NCBI GenBank assembly: GCA_951406725.2
Contig: OX597825.1
Location: 9,610,001-9,674,000, forward strand
Length of the DNA stretch: 64,000 bases
DNA from: Octopus vulgaris
Lineage: Eukaryota
Direction of reading: 5' to 3'
The position numbers and the translations under genes are program-made. Of the stretch, positions 42,631 to 57,135 are shown piece by piece. Position 1 is the first letter of the stretch. Each line of letters starts with the position of its first letter. The notes beneath the pieces were generated by a model, which saw only the letters and a list, made by a program, of their open reading frames with translations, was not told the DNA's origin and searched no databases.

Positions 42631-43602
42631 TTATATACGTGAGTTTACTGTACTTGAAGGTATGTTACGTTTAAGGCAGAGATCACCAATTTGGTTACCC
42701 CACTGAGTGGCCAAAACCCAAGCTACGCCAACGAATTAGAAGTCTGAGATATAGACAAATAAATTCGAATACTACACCACGCTCCGCCGCTTCTTAAACC
42801 GAACAAATTGCAGTTGGGAGGTGTTTATCACGAGTGAGCGAAACTATTTTGAAGGAGAGAAATCTGATTAAGTTCTACGTAAATCAATAACCATTTCTTT
42901 TTTAAATCTTGTTTCTCTTTGGACAGAACTCGTATAAAATTGATTGCAAACGTGCAAGTTTTAAACTTCACGGCTGCAGTGGTTATATTTGCCCTGAAAG
43001 TACGACAAAAACCCAATTATTCATTTGTACACTTTCAACCAGGAGCAAATGCAATGCACTAAAGTACACACCACAAAGCTCGACTGAAGAGGGAATCAGA
43101 GGTAAATGACATATCTATTTTAAACGCAATTTTCACAAAAGTAAAAAAAAAAGAGAAGATCAGTACCCGATCAGATACAGCTCAGTGCTAATATCTACAA
43201 ACAGAAGACTTAAATCACGCACAAAAATATATACTTAACTGGTAAGATATAAATATAACAGTAAAAATTCAAATTCCGGTAGCAATGTCAACACAAATTA
43301 CATTTACACAGGTCAGTATAAACACCAACCTCATTTTGTCTAAAAGAGGAGACACAGAAGATTTTAGAAACGCCAATAATGTATTTGGAATCTTCACTTT
43401 CCAAACTGAGAAGATCTCGCAAGAATGTATGAAAAAATAAGACAATATAAAAAATATAAAGCTACAAAATTGTCTTTTTTTTTTCAGTACCCGTTTTCAA
43501 AAACCTATTCTGCATACATATAGATGTAAGGTGTGTTTGTCTGTGTGTATATAAGGACAGATGTATGTACACAAAGCATACACACATACATACACATATG
43601 TA

Positions 43603-44377
43603 TATGAGGTCTGTAGAAAAACCAAATTCTCAAAAAAAAGCGTTTATTGTTTTACTCACGATTTAATTTTAATTCGATATGTCTATTCCAGAATAGTCAC
43701 AGCTGCCAATATTTCTTCCACTTTTAGAACGCTTCTTAACGTTTTTATTGCTAGGGTCGCGTTTTATAACGAATTTTTTTTGGCCAGTTTTACTGTCTGA
43801 TAAACACAAAGTTTTAGTGTAAAGTCTAAATTTGAGGATAAAAAAAATTTGCAGGATTTAAATACAGAGTAGACCGAAAAAGGTACCTGATTAACTATGA
43901 CACAGCGTCAGCTGACAACATAAATTTTGCGGCAACACAACCATCTTCAATGGTTTTGGTTAAAATCATATGATGCGAAATGTTATAGCTGCTTACTTAT
44001 TCGAAAACTAAATTTACCTGAAGTCAGGCGTCGATTTTCCCTTATTTTCGCTGTCTGATTGTCGTTGTAGTTTTGGAAATTTATCTAGATTAATTTCATT
44101 TCCAATGGGCATCCTTCTCAATTTGAAACGCTAGAAATACTCAAGACATTGAGCACTCTTCTACCAAATGTACATCCCCTCAAATATCTCTAGATCTATA
44201 AAGTAACTGATGTGATGTATGATGAAACTGAACGTCACAGCACTGCCCCCGGGGGCATGCTGCGTCGGTTGAATGCCTTTCCATTATAAAAGCTCGTTTT
44301 TATTTATTTATCTATTTAATTAATTAATTATTTATTTATTTAATTATTTATTTGTCTATTTATTGTCAGACCTTGTG
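43603..44377 (-). mobile_element. Old mariner-like relic
   Basis: Ends tatgaggtctg / cagaccttgtg. The minus strand near 43915-43940 encodes VAAKF, part of the RRVAAKFVP motif. Confidence 0.4.
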
Positions 44378-44869
44378 AATTACTTTTTCCAGCCGTAACT
44401 GAAATAAACACACATCATTTCATCTAAGAGATGATAGTTGGAAAGCTTTAAAATGTTGTTTGACTTAGTAACATAACTGTTCAAAAAACAAAAAAACTAC
44501 AAACAACTCATATGTATGTAATGAAAGTATACAATTATTAAAAGAAAATTGGTAAAACAAGATACATTTAGCTGCTCCTTCTCTTCGCAAAATCGAGGCG
44601 AAACGTTGGAGAAATGGTAACAACCTCTGCTGCGTCTCATAATAGGGTTACAGTGAAATATTAAGTCAGGTGTAAGAGACAGACATGAATGACATCTCTT
44701 CAACAGATATGATGACGAGTGATGGCTGGGCTAGCTCACTACTTTCATTCGTCTTCTTATCCTTTTCATTGATCAGATCTGATAAGATCTTGAAGAAACC
44801 TATTTGTCATAGCTAAAGAAAGACATGAACAGGTCTGTTCTCAAATGTGGATCACACATTTGTCGATAT

Positions 44870-45793
44870 CACTGGTTCTCAACTGGGGTCCATGTGACCT
44901 TTGAGGGTTTATATAAAATGTTATTGCTATAGATTATGTGCAATAAATTGGTTATGCTTCTACAGTGCACAAAATATTTTAACAATTTTTTGAGTGGCTG
45001 TGTGGTAAGTAGCTTGCTTACCAACCACATGGTTCCGAGTTCAGTCCCACTGCGTGGGACCTTAAGCAAATGTCTTCTACTGTAGCCTCGGGCCGACCAG
45101 AGCTTTGTGAGTGGATTTAGTAGACGGAAACTGGTGTGTGTATGTATGTTTGTGTGTCTGTGTTTGTCCACCCAACATCGCTTGACAACCGATTGTGGTG
45201 TGTTTACGTGGCCGTTACTTAGCCGTTCGGTAAAAGAGACCGATAGCATAAGTACTAGGCTTACAAAAAATAAGTCCTGGGGTCGATTTGCTCGACTAAA
45301 GGCGATGCTCCAGCATGGCCATAGTCAAATGACTGAAAGAAATAAAAGAGTAAAAAGAGTAATTCCTAACAGTATTTAATTCTAAAAATATAACACTGTG
45401 CAAGAACTTTTTTTTCTTCTTTGGTCAGTAAGTATTATTTCCTATTCTGCCCAATACCATAGATTTGCTTGTGAGTTGCGTGACTTTAACCACTTGAGCA
45501 TATCCCTTAATGACTGACAATATATGTATCCCTGATCATAAGCAGGAGGAATGAGGGAGTATCATGGCCATGTGTTGAGAGGGATTATTTGGGGTTGAAA
45601 TAAATGTAACGGAAGCAAAGTTTTATGAAAATATTAGCAAACAAGGAATAACAGTTGCAACCCAAGGACAAAAGTTGTTTTACAAAATGTAATAGGATAT
45701 TTTAAATTTTGGATGGCTATGAGGGTCCAGCCGAGTACAATATGGACCAAAGGGAGTCACAGGTAAAAGAAAAACAAAGGTTGAGAACCATTG
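44870..45793. mobile_element. hAT (Charlie-like) non-autonomous element with nested insertions
   Basis: TIRs cactggttctcaac / gttgagaaccattg. Contains SINE A (44992-45360) and a LINE-UTR-like fragment (~45440-45603). Confidence 0.6.
44992..45360 (+). mobile_element. SINE family A
   Basis: Near full-length match to the other family A copies. Confidence 0.92.
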
Positions 45794-45880
45794 GTCATCA
45801 TGGTCACATATGGATTCACAGAAGTCGGATTTGGTGCATAATCATCCTCAAACCACGAAAATTCCTGACAATGAAATATA

Positions 45881-46190
45881 CCGTATTTGATGGCCTAGAA
45901 GACGCATGCGTGCATAGGCTATAATTTTGTAAAATAAATTACCACTAAAATAATGTTTTAATTCCTCTACTTGCCTGTATAATTTTATGTCATTATCGCT
46001 AATTATAACCACTTTATTGTATCTACATTCGATATAAACATACTGTAGGCGATTGTTCACCAATAGATGGCAGCACACGTTTTGAGCGAGTTTTGAGCCT
46101 ACATTGAGTACAATGGAGGCAGTGGAATATTTAAAACCATTTGGGGGTAAAAAGAAAAAAAAGGTGCCTCTTATAGGCCATCAAATACGG
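45881..46190. mobile_element. Tc1/mariner-superfamily (Tc2/pogo-like) MITE
   Basis: TIRs TA|ccgtatttgatggcctagaagacgca and tgcctcttataggccatcaaatacgg. Confidence 0.8.
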
Positions 46191-46821
46191 TGTGTGTATA
46201 TGAGTGTATGTATATATGTGCATGTGAAACTTCCCGTACGAGATGAGTAAATGTATAAAATGATAAAAGAGTATGCAAATGCCGATTATCTTTACACGAA
46301 GTTATATGAGTTTTCAAAAGGTACAATAATGTGTTTCCGTTAAGTTTTAACGATACTAGGGTCCAAATGTCTGTTTTCTAAGAATCTGTGATTTTCAGAC
46401 GATCGATCCGCTTCATAGATTCTTGTAAGAGGCGGAAATATGAAACCAAATTTTATTGAAACAGTCTTTTGTTAGATACCATTTCAGTGCCGGGGGCGCT
46501 TTTCATTTATCTTATAAAATTATATTAATAACGCTTAACATCGATTTATTGAAAATATCAATATCAATATGTATAAGTGTGTGTGTGTGTGTGTGTGTAG
46601 GTTTATGTGTGTGTGTCTGTGTCTGTGCGAGTGCACAATTGTGTAAATGTGTGTACACAAGTATTTATATATAAATATCTATATATATAAATATATGTGC
46701 ATATGTAATGTGGGTGTGTACACACCTCATATACGTAACTACTTTAAGAATTTCAATATATTATAATCATAAATATACATAAATACATAATATGTGCGTG
46801 TCTGTGTGAGTATGTAATTGC

Positions 46822-46865
<44 letters not shown>

Positions 46866-47274
46866 GGGTGTATACGTGTGCGTGTGTGTGTGTATTTATA
46901 CATACCCGGATATATATACATATATATATACAGGTATACATAAATAAATATATTTATTTACATATATACATATGCATATATATGTATATATATATATATG
47001 TGTGTATTTATAGATATAAACGCATATATATGTTTCTAAATATATGTACATATTTATATACATACGTATACGTGTATGTAAGGATATGTTTTGTGTATAA
47101 ATTTTTGCGTATAAGCAGCTATACACACATACACATGCACTCGCACACACACACACCTCACACCCCACACAGACACACACACCCCACACACACCCACCCA
47201 TATATATATTTATATGTGTGTATATATATGTGTATGTATATATATATATATATATATATTTATATGCATATATA

Positions 47275-47314
<40 letters not shown>

Positions 47315-47584
47315 TATATACATACATACATATACATATATATATCATAGGTTTTACTTTAATGACAGTCCAATCGAATATTTAATAATTCTTTTGATGT
47401 ATTTCAAAACTTCTAAGATAAAATGATTTGCCTTCTTCTCATATATTTTAAAAGGGACACATCTCGATGAAGCTATACCTTCTTTATGCTTGATTTTCCT
47501 AACACAAAGTTTCCTTTCTTTAACTAATCTGGCAATTTTATATTTACCATACGTTAATTCGCATCTATGCAAAACAGAAAAATA

Positions 47585-47645
47585 TGATAATAATAATAAT
47601 GATACTATAGTACACATTGCAAAAATAAATACTACAATAATGATG

Positions 47646-47697
<52 letters not shown>

Positions 47698-47701
47698 CAA
47701 C

Positions 47702-47751
<50 letters not shown>

Positions 47752-47779
47752 TAATAATAATAATAACGATAATAATAAC

Positions 47780-47841
<62 letters not shown>

Positions 47842-47954
47842 TAATAATAACAATAATGATAATAATAATAACAACATTAAAAATAATAATAATAATGATA
47901 ATAATAACAATTATAGCAACATCAAAAACAACAGTAATAATGATAATATGGTGG

Positions 47955-48053
<99 letters not shown>

Positions 48054-48063
48054 TTAATAATAA
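47585..48063. repeat. Compound (AAT)n microsatellite
   Basis: Read directly. Accounts for the poly-I/L ORFs here. Confidence 0.95.
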
Positions 48064-48173
48064 TGTGTATGACGATGGTTTCTTTAATTTCCCCAAGGAT
48101 ACTCAAAGAAGATTGTACTGCAACACACTTATAATTCAAATAAGCAAGTATCAGTAAAATATTGTAGAAATGC

Positions 48174-48234
<61 letters not shown>

Positions 48235-48414
48235 GTGTGTGTGTGTGTATGTGTGTGTGTGAATCTGTGTGTCTGTCTGTGCGAGTGCGCATGGATTTTT
48301 ATGTGATAAAAACGACCGAAAACAACAAAAATCTATACGTATGTTTTTAAAACACACCAGATATAAATGTGTGTACATATATATGCGTGTGTGAGTGTGT
48401 GTCTGTGTGAGTAT

Positions 48415-48485
<71 letters not shown>

Positions 48486-48605
48486 AATGTTTATATATAT
48501 ATATGTATATGTATATATATAGGCATACATGTACATATGTATACTTACAACTATATAGCGAGTGAAAAAGAGCACTATATATCGATACAGAGGCAGATAG
48601 ATATG

Positions 48606-48699
<94 letters not shown>

Positions 48700-49723
48700 G
48701 TTATGTATATATACGTATGCATATATATATTTATATATACATGTATATATGTATATATACTTATATGAATATGTACATCTAAATACATATACACATACAC
48801 ATACATGCATGCATACATACATACATACATACATACACACATACATACATACATACATACATACATACATACATACATACATACATACATACATACATAC
48901 ATACATACATACATACATACATAACCTTGGCGTGAACAGACGTATATTTTGGCGAGGCAGACTTGTCTCTGAATTTTCGATGATTTCTTTTCCTAGCATT
49001 AATGTCCAATTATCAGCCTTTTTAAATACTGTGTATTCTTCAGAATTCATCCATTGAAGAAATCTTTTATTCAAAATCGTAGAGATATTTCTTCTAAACC
49101 TGAATCTGTCCTACTGAGAACGAATGCAAATATGGCTGGAGAAACATTGGCGAAAGCCCATAAATTTAATCATTATAATGCTAGTCATACAAGAAATTCA
49201 AATTAGAAAGTATATTTTCCTTGGAGTTATGATGTGAAAAACGACTTACATAATTGCTATAAAATAGTCAAATACGATCCCTCAAGTCGCAATATAAATA
49301 GAGGACTTCACCCAGAGCGAAATTTTTTCCTAGCAAAACAATTGCAGCAACAAGCGACATTTGGTAGAACGGAATTGGGAAGATTTTGATTGTATTTTTA
49401 TTCTTCACTGAGAGGCAACTTCACAAATAATAAACGAATATATAACAGTTAATAAAGCGTACCTCCGTACAGCATTTATATTATTACGTGCGACAACACA
49501 TCTGAGTACGACAATTACTATATTACCTAAAAGAAGAGCTGATAATCCAGGTCACGTAGCTGCCAATAATTATTGCAGAGGCGACCATGTTGTGATTGTA
49601 GATGCATTGAGGTAAGCGAGTGGAAATATCAAAAGCTAAAACGTATTTTTGATGAAATTTTCAAAGGAAAGATTAATAATTTTTATGACTGTGTTTTGAC
49701 TATATATCGTTTCTAACTAGAAA

Positions 49724-49885
49724 GGAGTGGCATTGTGGTAAGTAGCTTGCTTACGAACCACATGGTTCCGGGTTCAGTCCCACTGCGTGGCACCTTGGGC
49801 AAGTGTCTTCTACTATAGCCTCGGGCCGACCAAAGCCTTGTGAGTGGATTTGGTAGACGAAAACTGAAAGAAACCCGTATATATA

Positions 49886-49945
<60 letters not shown>

Positions 49946-50200
49946 TGTGTGTCTGTGTCTGTGTCTGTATTTGTGTGTGTATGTTTGTGTGTCTGTGTTT
50001 GTCCCTCAACATCGCTTGACAACCGATGCTGGTGCGTTTACGTCCCCGTAACTTAGCGGTTCGGCAAAAGTGACCGATAGAATAAGTACTAGGCTTACAA
50101 AGAATAAGTGGTGGGGCCGATTTGCTCGACTAAAAGCGGTGCTCCAGCATGGCCACAGTCAAATGACTGAAACCAGTAAAAAGAATAAAAGAGTAAAAGA
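49724..50200 (+). mobile_element. SINE family A with an expanded internal (TG)n
   Basis: Full match to family A. Confidence 0.92.
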
Positions 50201-50535
50201 TTAACTGAAAAAAATATCTTATGTACGGAAGACCATCTTCTATGTGGGGTTAGTGAAAGGTGTAAATAAATATACAAGTAAATATAATATAAATATAAGG
50301 TGTAAATAAATATATAGTTTCACTTTTCACCAGCGTAAATTGAAAAGCAAAATAGCAACAAGAGAAGTCTTTAATATAAACTGATATCATGGGATTTGGA
50401 AATGAGTCTCTAATAGAGTATCTTCTGACTGATGACCAGGGATATTCACCCACAAAACTTTCACAACTATACTGGAACAAGTCATCATAAGAGAAGATAT
50501 ATATACACATGTCAGCCATTCATGCAGAGCTATCT

Positions 50536-51003
50536 TTTCTACTCTAGGCACAAGGCCCAAAATTTTGGGGTGGAGGGCCAGTCGATTATATCGACCCCAG
50601 TGCGTAACTGGTACTTATTTAATCGACCCCGAAAGGATGAAAGGCAAAGTCGACCTCGGCGGAATTTGAACTCAGAACGTAACGGCAGACGAAATACTGC
50701 TAAGCATTTCGCCCGTCGCGTTAACATTTCTGCCAGCTCGTCGCCTTCTTAAAGACAGACGAAATACCTATTTCTTTACTACCCACAAGGGGCTAAACAT
50801 CGAAGGGACAAAGAAGGACAGAAAAAGGGATTAAGTCGATCATATCGACCCCAGTGCGTAACTGGTACTTATTTAATCGACCCCGAAAGGATGAAAGGCA
50901 AAGTCAACCTCGGCGGAATTTGAACTCAGAACGTAACGGCAGACGAAATACGGCTACGCATATCACCCGGCGTGCTAACGGGTCTGCCAGCTCACCACCT
51001 TCA
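50536..51003 (-). mobile_element. SINE family B composite (alpha monomer plus full beta monomer)
   Basis: Two near-identical cores (atcgaccccagtgcgtaactggtacttatttaatcgaccccgaaaggatgaaaggc) at ~50590 and ~50845. Confidence 0.92.
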
Positions 51004-51616
51004 TGCAGGGCTATCTTACTCGAAAGAAGCGTAGAAAACCAAAAAGTGATATATTTTGGACTAACATTCAGCATTAACAGCAGATTTTACTTTGAATAAT
51101 ATGTTTTTGCCATACAGGATACGTAACCAACTGCACTAACATTTACTTGAATATCTAATCTGGGTTTCACAAAACCAGAAAGAACACATCTAATTAAGAA
51201 ACTACAGCTACAAGCTATAAAAGGTTTTGTGAAAATATGTTAAGCATTTGAAAAGTTTACCATGTAATAAATGTATATATGCACATGTAGACATGAAAAC
51301 ATTTGTGCGTACATACATGCAGAAGTCAAAACATACATATCCACACAAGTAATTACATCCATACCTGAATACATGTATACGCATGCAAATGCAAGCGCAC
51401 ATACATGTATACTTATAGATATGCATGCCCACTTGAACACACACATACCTACATACATACATTCACGCATACACATATACACACACATACACACACATAC
51501 ACATACATGCACACATACATGTATACTTATAGGTATGCATGCTCACTTGAACACACACACACACCTACATACATACACGCATACATACATAAACAAACAT
51601 GCATATCTACGTACAC

Positions 51617-51661
<45 letters not shown>

Positions 51662-54120
51662 CATACATACATACATACATACATACATACATACATACAT
51701 ACATACATACATACATACATACATACATACAAACATACATACATACATGCAAACATACATACATACATACATACATACATACATACATACATACATACAT
51801 ACATACATACATACATACATACATACATGTGCGATTGCCTCTGTTGCTGCTGTCTAAATTCTAATTTCTTCCTTGATGAGAAAAAGTAACCATAAAACCT
51901 ATAAAACCTACATTACGCTTGTCTACAATTGGTCCTCAAAGAAAATTAAAATAATGAGAACAGAGATCAGCAGGTAAGAGGTCATTGAAAACTCAGGATG
52001 TCTATCAACGTTTATTCTAAGTGACATTCTTACACACTTTCCATAAAATCTACCCGACAAGAATACTCCACTCTTCTCTCGTATCTTCTTTAACGACAAG
52101 GATACGTTTTTCGTTTTCACTTTAAAATGACTTGACTACATAACTTCTAACTTTGTCTATCTCAATACATTAATCCCTGCAGCTACCGAACAGAAATACA
52201 AATAATAATGAAGCATCAAGATGCTAGAACCTGAATCTGATGCTAGCCACTCGGATTCTTCGAAACACCAGGTAAATCTCCTTGAAACTGCGCCTTTGTT
52301 TTCTCGCATAATTTAAAATATAGTCCAGTTTAAGCCCCACCTGAAAAAAAACAGTATGTTAAGGAGAGAATATTATTGATCATAGATAAGGTTGGTCAGA
52401 GTCGATCAGTTGTGGACCTCAACGTGATCGATTTTGTAGTGGTGTAGGTAGTTAAATAGTTGAATGATCTGCCTTGCAAGAAAGATTATAGAATAGCCTC
52501 ACTTATCTAAGTTTCTCGAAGATATATTCCTTCAAATTCCGAGCTAATAAAGGAGCATCGACAGTTAAAAATAGCAGTCGTATCTCGCCCAGATCACATC
52601 CTATCGTCTTCAACTAAAACAGCACATTGAATAATGTAGTCCTTGATGCACTATGTCTGAATGAATGCTGGAAATGTTTTGATTATAAATGTGTTTCATC
52701 ATGGCTGACATGGAGATAAAACACTCTAACAACCAATTGTACACTCATGTCTTTGTGAATAAAATGTTACAGATAACTCCTCTTAGCCATGGTTTCCGAA
52801 AAGCTTTATAAAATAAAAGTCTTTTTTATACAAAGTCAATTAGTATAGAGGAAAACGTTATCAGAAAAGCATTAAAAACACAATATATAACTGATACTCA
52901 TTTTATTGAATCGGCTTCAGTAAAAGACAACAAGGTTGGCAGTGGATTTGATCTCGGGAACTAATTTTTAAAACTTATATTGAAGCGAATCATGTGATAT
53001 ATCAGAATGCATTTTCGTCAAATCTTTGCAACATTTTACATAATTCCAGTAGATATTTATTTTAATTATTAATTAAATCGAAGATTATTTCATTGCAAGT
53101 TTACTATTTGACGGTATTTTACTCTTTAATAGCACCTAAACATTTATAATTTCATTATACATGTTTTCTCCTTTCATTACACATTTTGTTGCCTCGTTTC
53201 CTATACAAACGTTTTGTATTGTTAACATCATGTTTTGCTTTAATGTTTGTTTTCATGCAAATGTGAATATTGATTGCAACTGCATTTAATGACATATTTT
53301 TCTATTTTCGCTACTTTTTTTCCCTCTTCAGGTTAATGTCTTATCTACATTATTTCATATAATTTTCATTTTTACTTTTGTTCTTATGTTTCATTTTTAA
53401 TTAAAATTTCCTTTAAATATGTCCGAACATACGATTGTACGTGTACAAAAGTAAATATATGCGCGTATATGTGTGGGTTTCTATGCGAATATACAGATAT
53501 ATATGTGTGTATCCGTATATATCTATATACCCAACGTATTGCTAGCCTTATATGCGTATCAAAAATTCCGTTATCTTTGTTGTTATTTTCGTTATTACGA
53601 TAATACATAAATTATTATTTTTATTATCATTATTATTCTATCGGCATTATTTTCTTGGTATCTATGTTTATCGATAATTCTGTTAACTTTAGAACATAGA
53701 TAAAACGAAAAACAAAACCCAACAATATTGACAATAAAAATTAAAATTATACAATATTCAATTAATCAAAGATAGTTTATTGTGTTTCATTGATATTTTA
53801 AACTTTTAATAGGTTTACTTTGCAAAAATCGAAAATTCTACTAACAATGATAGGTAAATTTAAAGCTTTTTGTGTCTGTAGAAAAAAATAACATTTAGGT
53901 TTTGAAGTTTAGTGAGGTTGTTAGTAGAAAAATAATTCATGCTGTTACTTTATACATAAATGTAGTTATATGTGTGTGTATATCTGTATTTACGTACATT
54001 ATATGTATGTGCGTATGACTGTATTTATGTATGTATGTATGTATGTATGTATGTATATATATATAGATAGAGAGAGAGGAGAGAGAAAGAGAGGGAAAGA
54101 GAGAGAGAAATAGATAGGCC

Positions 54121-54197
<77 letters not shown>

Positions 54198-55708
54198 GTG
54201 TGCAGACAGACATATAAAGCAGAGAAAAGACAGACTGACAGACATACATTAAATATATATGTATATTATCCGAAATGTAGTGTTATATATCCATCACGGC
54301 TGATTTTACCAATCGGTTTTGCGCTAATAACACAACAATCCGATTATATAACCTTACGCTCATCAGAGTTAGCCGATCAACCGTGGAAATTCCACAGTAT
54401 TCTGAAAACACTAAGATGGAATTTCTAGAGAACCATTTGTATATATATTTTCTGCTGAACTTTTTTCAACATTTGATGCTTTAGAGAGTCCGCATAGGCA
54501 ATACTGAATGCGTGGTGTTAAGAGATAACATCTCTGAAAGTTATATTTCGTGTTATACACTTGTCACCTCTTCTACCTTGATAGGTATTTTCACTTTTCA
54601 TTTTACGTCAAGACTTTAAGTCTACGCAATGGAATGATAAACATAATCTGTTTATAATTTTATTCCGCTATTATATGAATTGAGTTGGTGAAGCTTCAGA
54701 ATATCTTAATACCCGCTATTGCATCCATAGCTTCATGTCAGAGTAAAGATCAAACATTTGGACTTGAAATCACAATCCGTGTGAATTAAGTATGGTAGCT
54801 GGTCTAAAACAAACATATCACAGTAATAGAGGCATAGAAATTGCTGTACTGTTAAAATGTTAGCTTCACAATCATATGTTATTGAGTTTAGTCCAACAGT
54901 GTATCATAGTTTCTTCTACTGTGGCCTCCCGATACTTCAAGCTTAGAGAGAAATTTCGGGAACGGGTGCAGTCTGAAAATCCATCGTACACGTGTGTGTG
55001 AGAGTTTGTGTGTGTTTAGCCTTATACAACTTAAAACCATTGATGTCCATACCGTAACACAGACGTGGACAAATACATATTGACAAAATATGTGACAGAC
55101 TGAAAATAATTGCTGCGGTCGATATGCTTGATATAGACTATTGGACACGATAATGGCTGTAATCTAAAACACGGCAAAAAAAAAACACCCAGTAGATAAA
55201 ACAATGTATATGTATGCGTATATATATTAGAGGAGGTACCCAAAAGTAACAGAAAACGTTTTCTGTTTGACAAACGCGTTGTAGTTCAGGCTTCCGCAAC
55301 TAGAAGCCACTTAGTGCGACCTCCAGGCATCAGTCTGCCGGACAGTGCCGTCGAGTGAAGTCGTACAGCTATGTGATGTGTTTTTGTTTTGCAGTGCGTC
55401 TCCTCTGTTCGTCGATTTTTCCGATAACTGAAACTAAGGAACAGCATGCTTCCGCGAAATTCTGTTTTCTACTGGAGAAAAAATCGGCCGAAACAGTTGT
55501 CATGCTTCAGACAGCTTACAAGGACGATGCTATGAGCAAAACGCAAGTTTAAGAGTGGTTTTCATGCTTTAGGAATGGTCACTTGTCGCTTGAGGACCAA
55601 CCTCATTCAGGGCGACCGACGACCTTCCGAACGGATGAAAGCATCACGAAAATACATGCACTGACCTTGGAGAACCATCGCTGAACAACTGACGAACTTG
55701 TTGATATA

Positions 55709-56062
55709 GGCACAGAAGTGGCTGTGTGGTAGGTAGCTTGCTTACCAACCACATGGTCACGGGTTCAATCCCACTGCATGGCACCTTGGGCAAGGGTCTT
55801 CTGCTACAGCTTCGGGAGAACCAAAGCCTTGTGAGTGGATTTGGTAGACTAAAACTGTATGTGTATGTATATGCTTGTGTGTTTGTATTTGCCCCCCTCC
55901 CGCCCAACATCGCTTGATAACCGATGCTGGTGTGTTTAAGTTCCGTAACTTAGCGTTTCGGTAAAAGAGACCGATAGAATAAGTACTAGGCTAACAATGA
56001 ATAAGCCCTGGGTGTGCTCCAGCATGGCCGCAGTCAAATGACTGAAACATGTAAAAGAGTAA
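55709..56062 (+). mobile_element. SINE family A inserted in the mariner ORF
   Basis: Splits the transposase between ...DELVD and MIGVSWS... Confidence 0.9.
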
Positions 56063-56392
56063 AAAAATTATGATTGGTGTGTCCTGGAGCTTCTGCCAAC
56101 GAATTTCAAGCAGGGAATTGCGAATGAAAAGAGCTGCAGCAAAATTTGTGCCTCAATTGTTCATGGAAGATCAAAAGCAGTCACAACTGGATGCGCGTCG
56201 TGAACTGAAAGAACGGTTGGGGACGAAAGCTGGTGCTGCGGAATTTGTAGATGTAGAAGAGGTGAAGAAAAAATGACGGACGCTTTCAAAGGCATCACTT
56301 CACAAGAGTTCCAGCACTGCTTTGAACAGTGGAAAACGCGTCTGGACCGATGCATTGCTTCACATAGAGAATACGTAAACATGTAAAACTAA

Positions 56393-56629
56393 CATTATTT
56401 ATATTATTTACATTTGACGGATATTTGTCCTCATCTTGTTTGTTGTTAACACAACGTTTCGGTTGATATACGCTCCAGCCTTCTTCAGGGGTCTTGGTGA
56501 AATTTCGAACCTGGGTTCTCATTCCTATGACCACGGGCATATGGCGTAGTGGTTAAAAGCGCAGGATACTAACCCTAAGATTCCGAGTTCGATTCCAAAT
56601 AGTGACATGAATAATAATAATAATAATAA

Positions 56630-56660
<31 letters not shown>

Positions 56661-56863
56661 AAGAAGAAGAAGAAGAAGAAGAAGAAGAAGAAGAAGAAGA
56701 AGAAGAAGAACCCAGGCTCGAAATTTCCCCAAGACACCTGATGAAGGTTGAGGGGTACATCAGCCGAAACCTTGTTTTAACAACAAACAAGATGAGGACA
56801 AATATCCGTCAAATGTAAATAATGTAAATAATATACACAATTCCTCATCTCTTAAATATAGAA
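56393..56863 (+). mobile_element. tRNA-headed, hammerhead-bearing non-autonomous retroelement (family H2) with an inverted 5' copy and a 12-bp TSD
   Basis: TSD atgtaaaactaa (56381-56392 and 56864-56875). Inverted arms ~56394-56519 and 56708-56832. A box TGGCGTAGTGG (56542-56552), B box GAGTTCGATTCC (56585-56596), (AAT)n(AAG)n linker. HHR cores at 56449-56492 (-) and 56734-56777 (+). Confidence 0.85.
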
Positions 56864-57104
56864 ATGTAAAACTAAGTCAATAAAATAATATTGCAAAATT
56901 CCGGTTTCTTTTGGGTATCCACTCGTATATGCGATGCATAATTTACAATATTTTTTTTTTATTAGTCTTACCAATATAAATAGTATACATTTTTCTCTGG
57001 CAGAATACGTCTACGATTTCGTTCTATACATTCTAGATGACATAACAGGTAGGTAAGTAGTATCGTACTATTGTATTAAATATATATATACATACGTTTG
57101 TATG

Positions 57105-57135
<31 letters not shown>

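Larger units (their letters stand above)
55229..56925 (+). mobile_element. Internally deleted mariner relic hosting two nested insertions
   Basis: TIRs gaggaggtacccaaaagtaac / gtttcttttgggtatccactcg|TA. Peptides EQHASAKFCFLLEKKSAETVVMLQTAYKDDAMSKTQV, LEDQPHSGRP, ELRMKRAAAKFVPQL and FQHCFEQWKTRLDRCI. Confidence 0.9.

Noticed and set aside
56535-56605. Possible tRNA gene
   Set aside because: A and B boxes are present, but acceptor and anticodon stems cannot be formed convincingly and there is no oligo-T terminator. It is the head of a retroelement bounded by a TSD.
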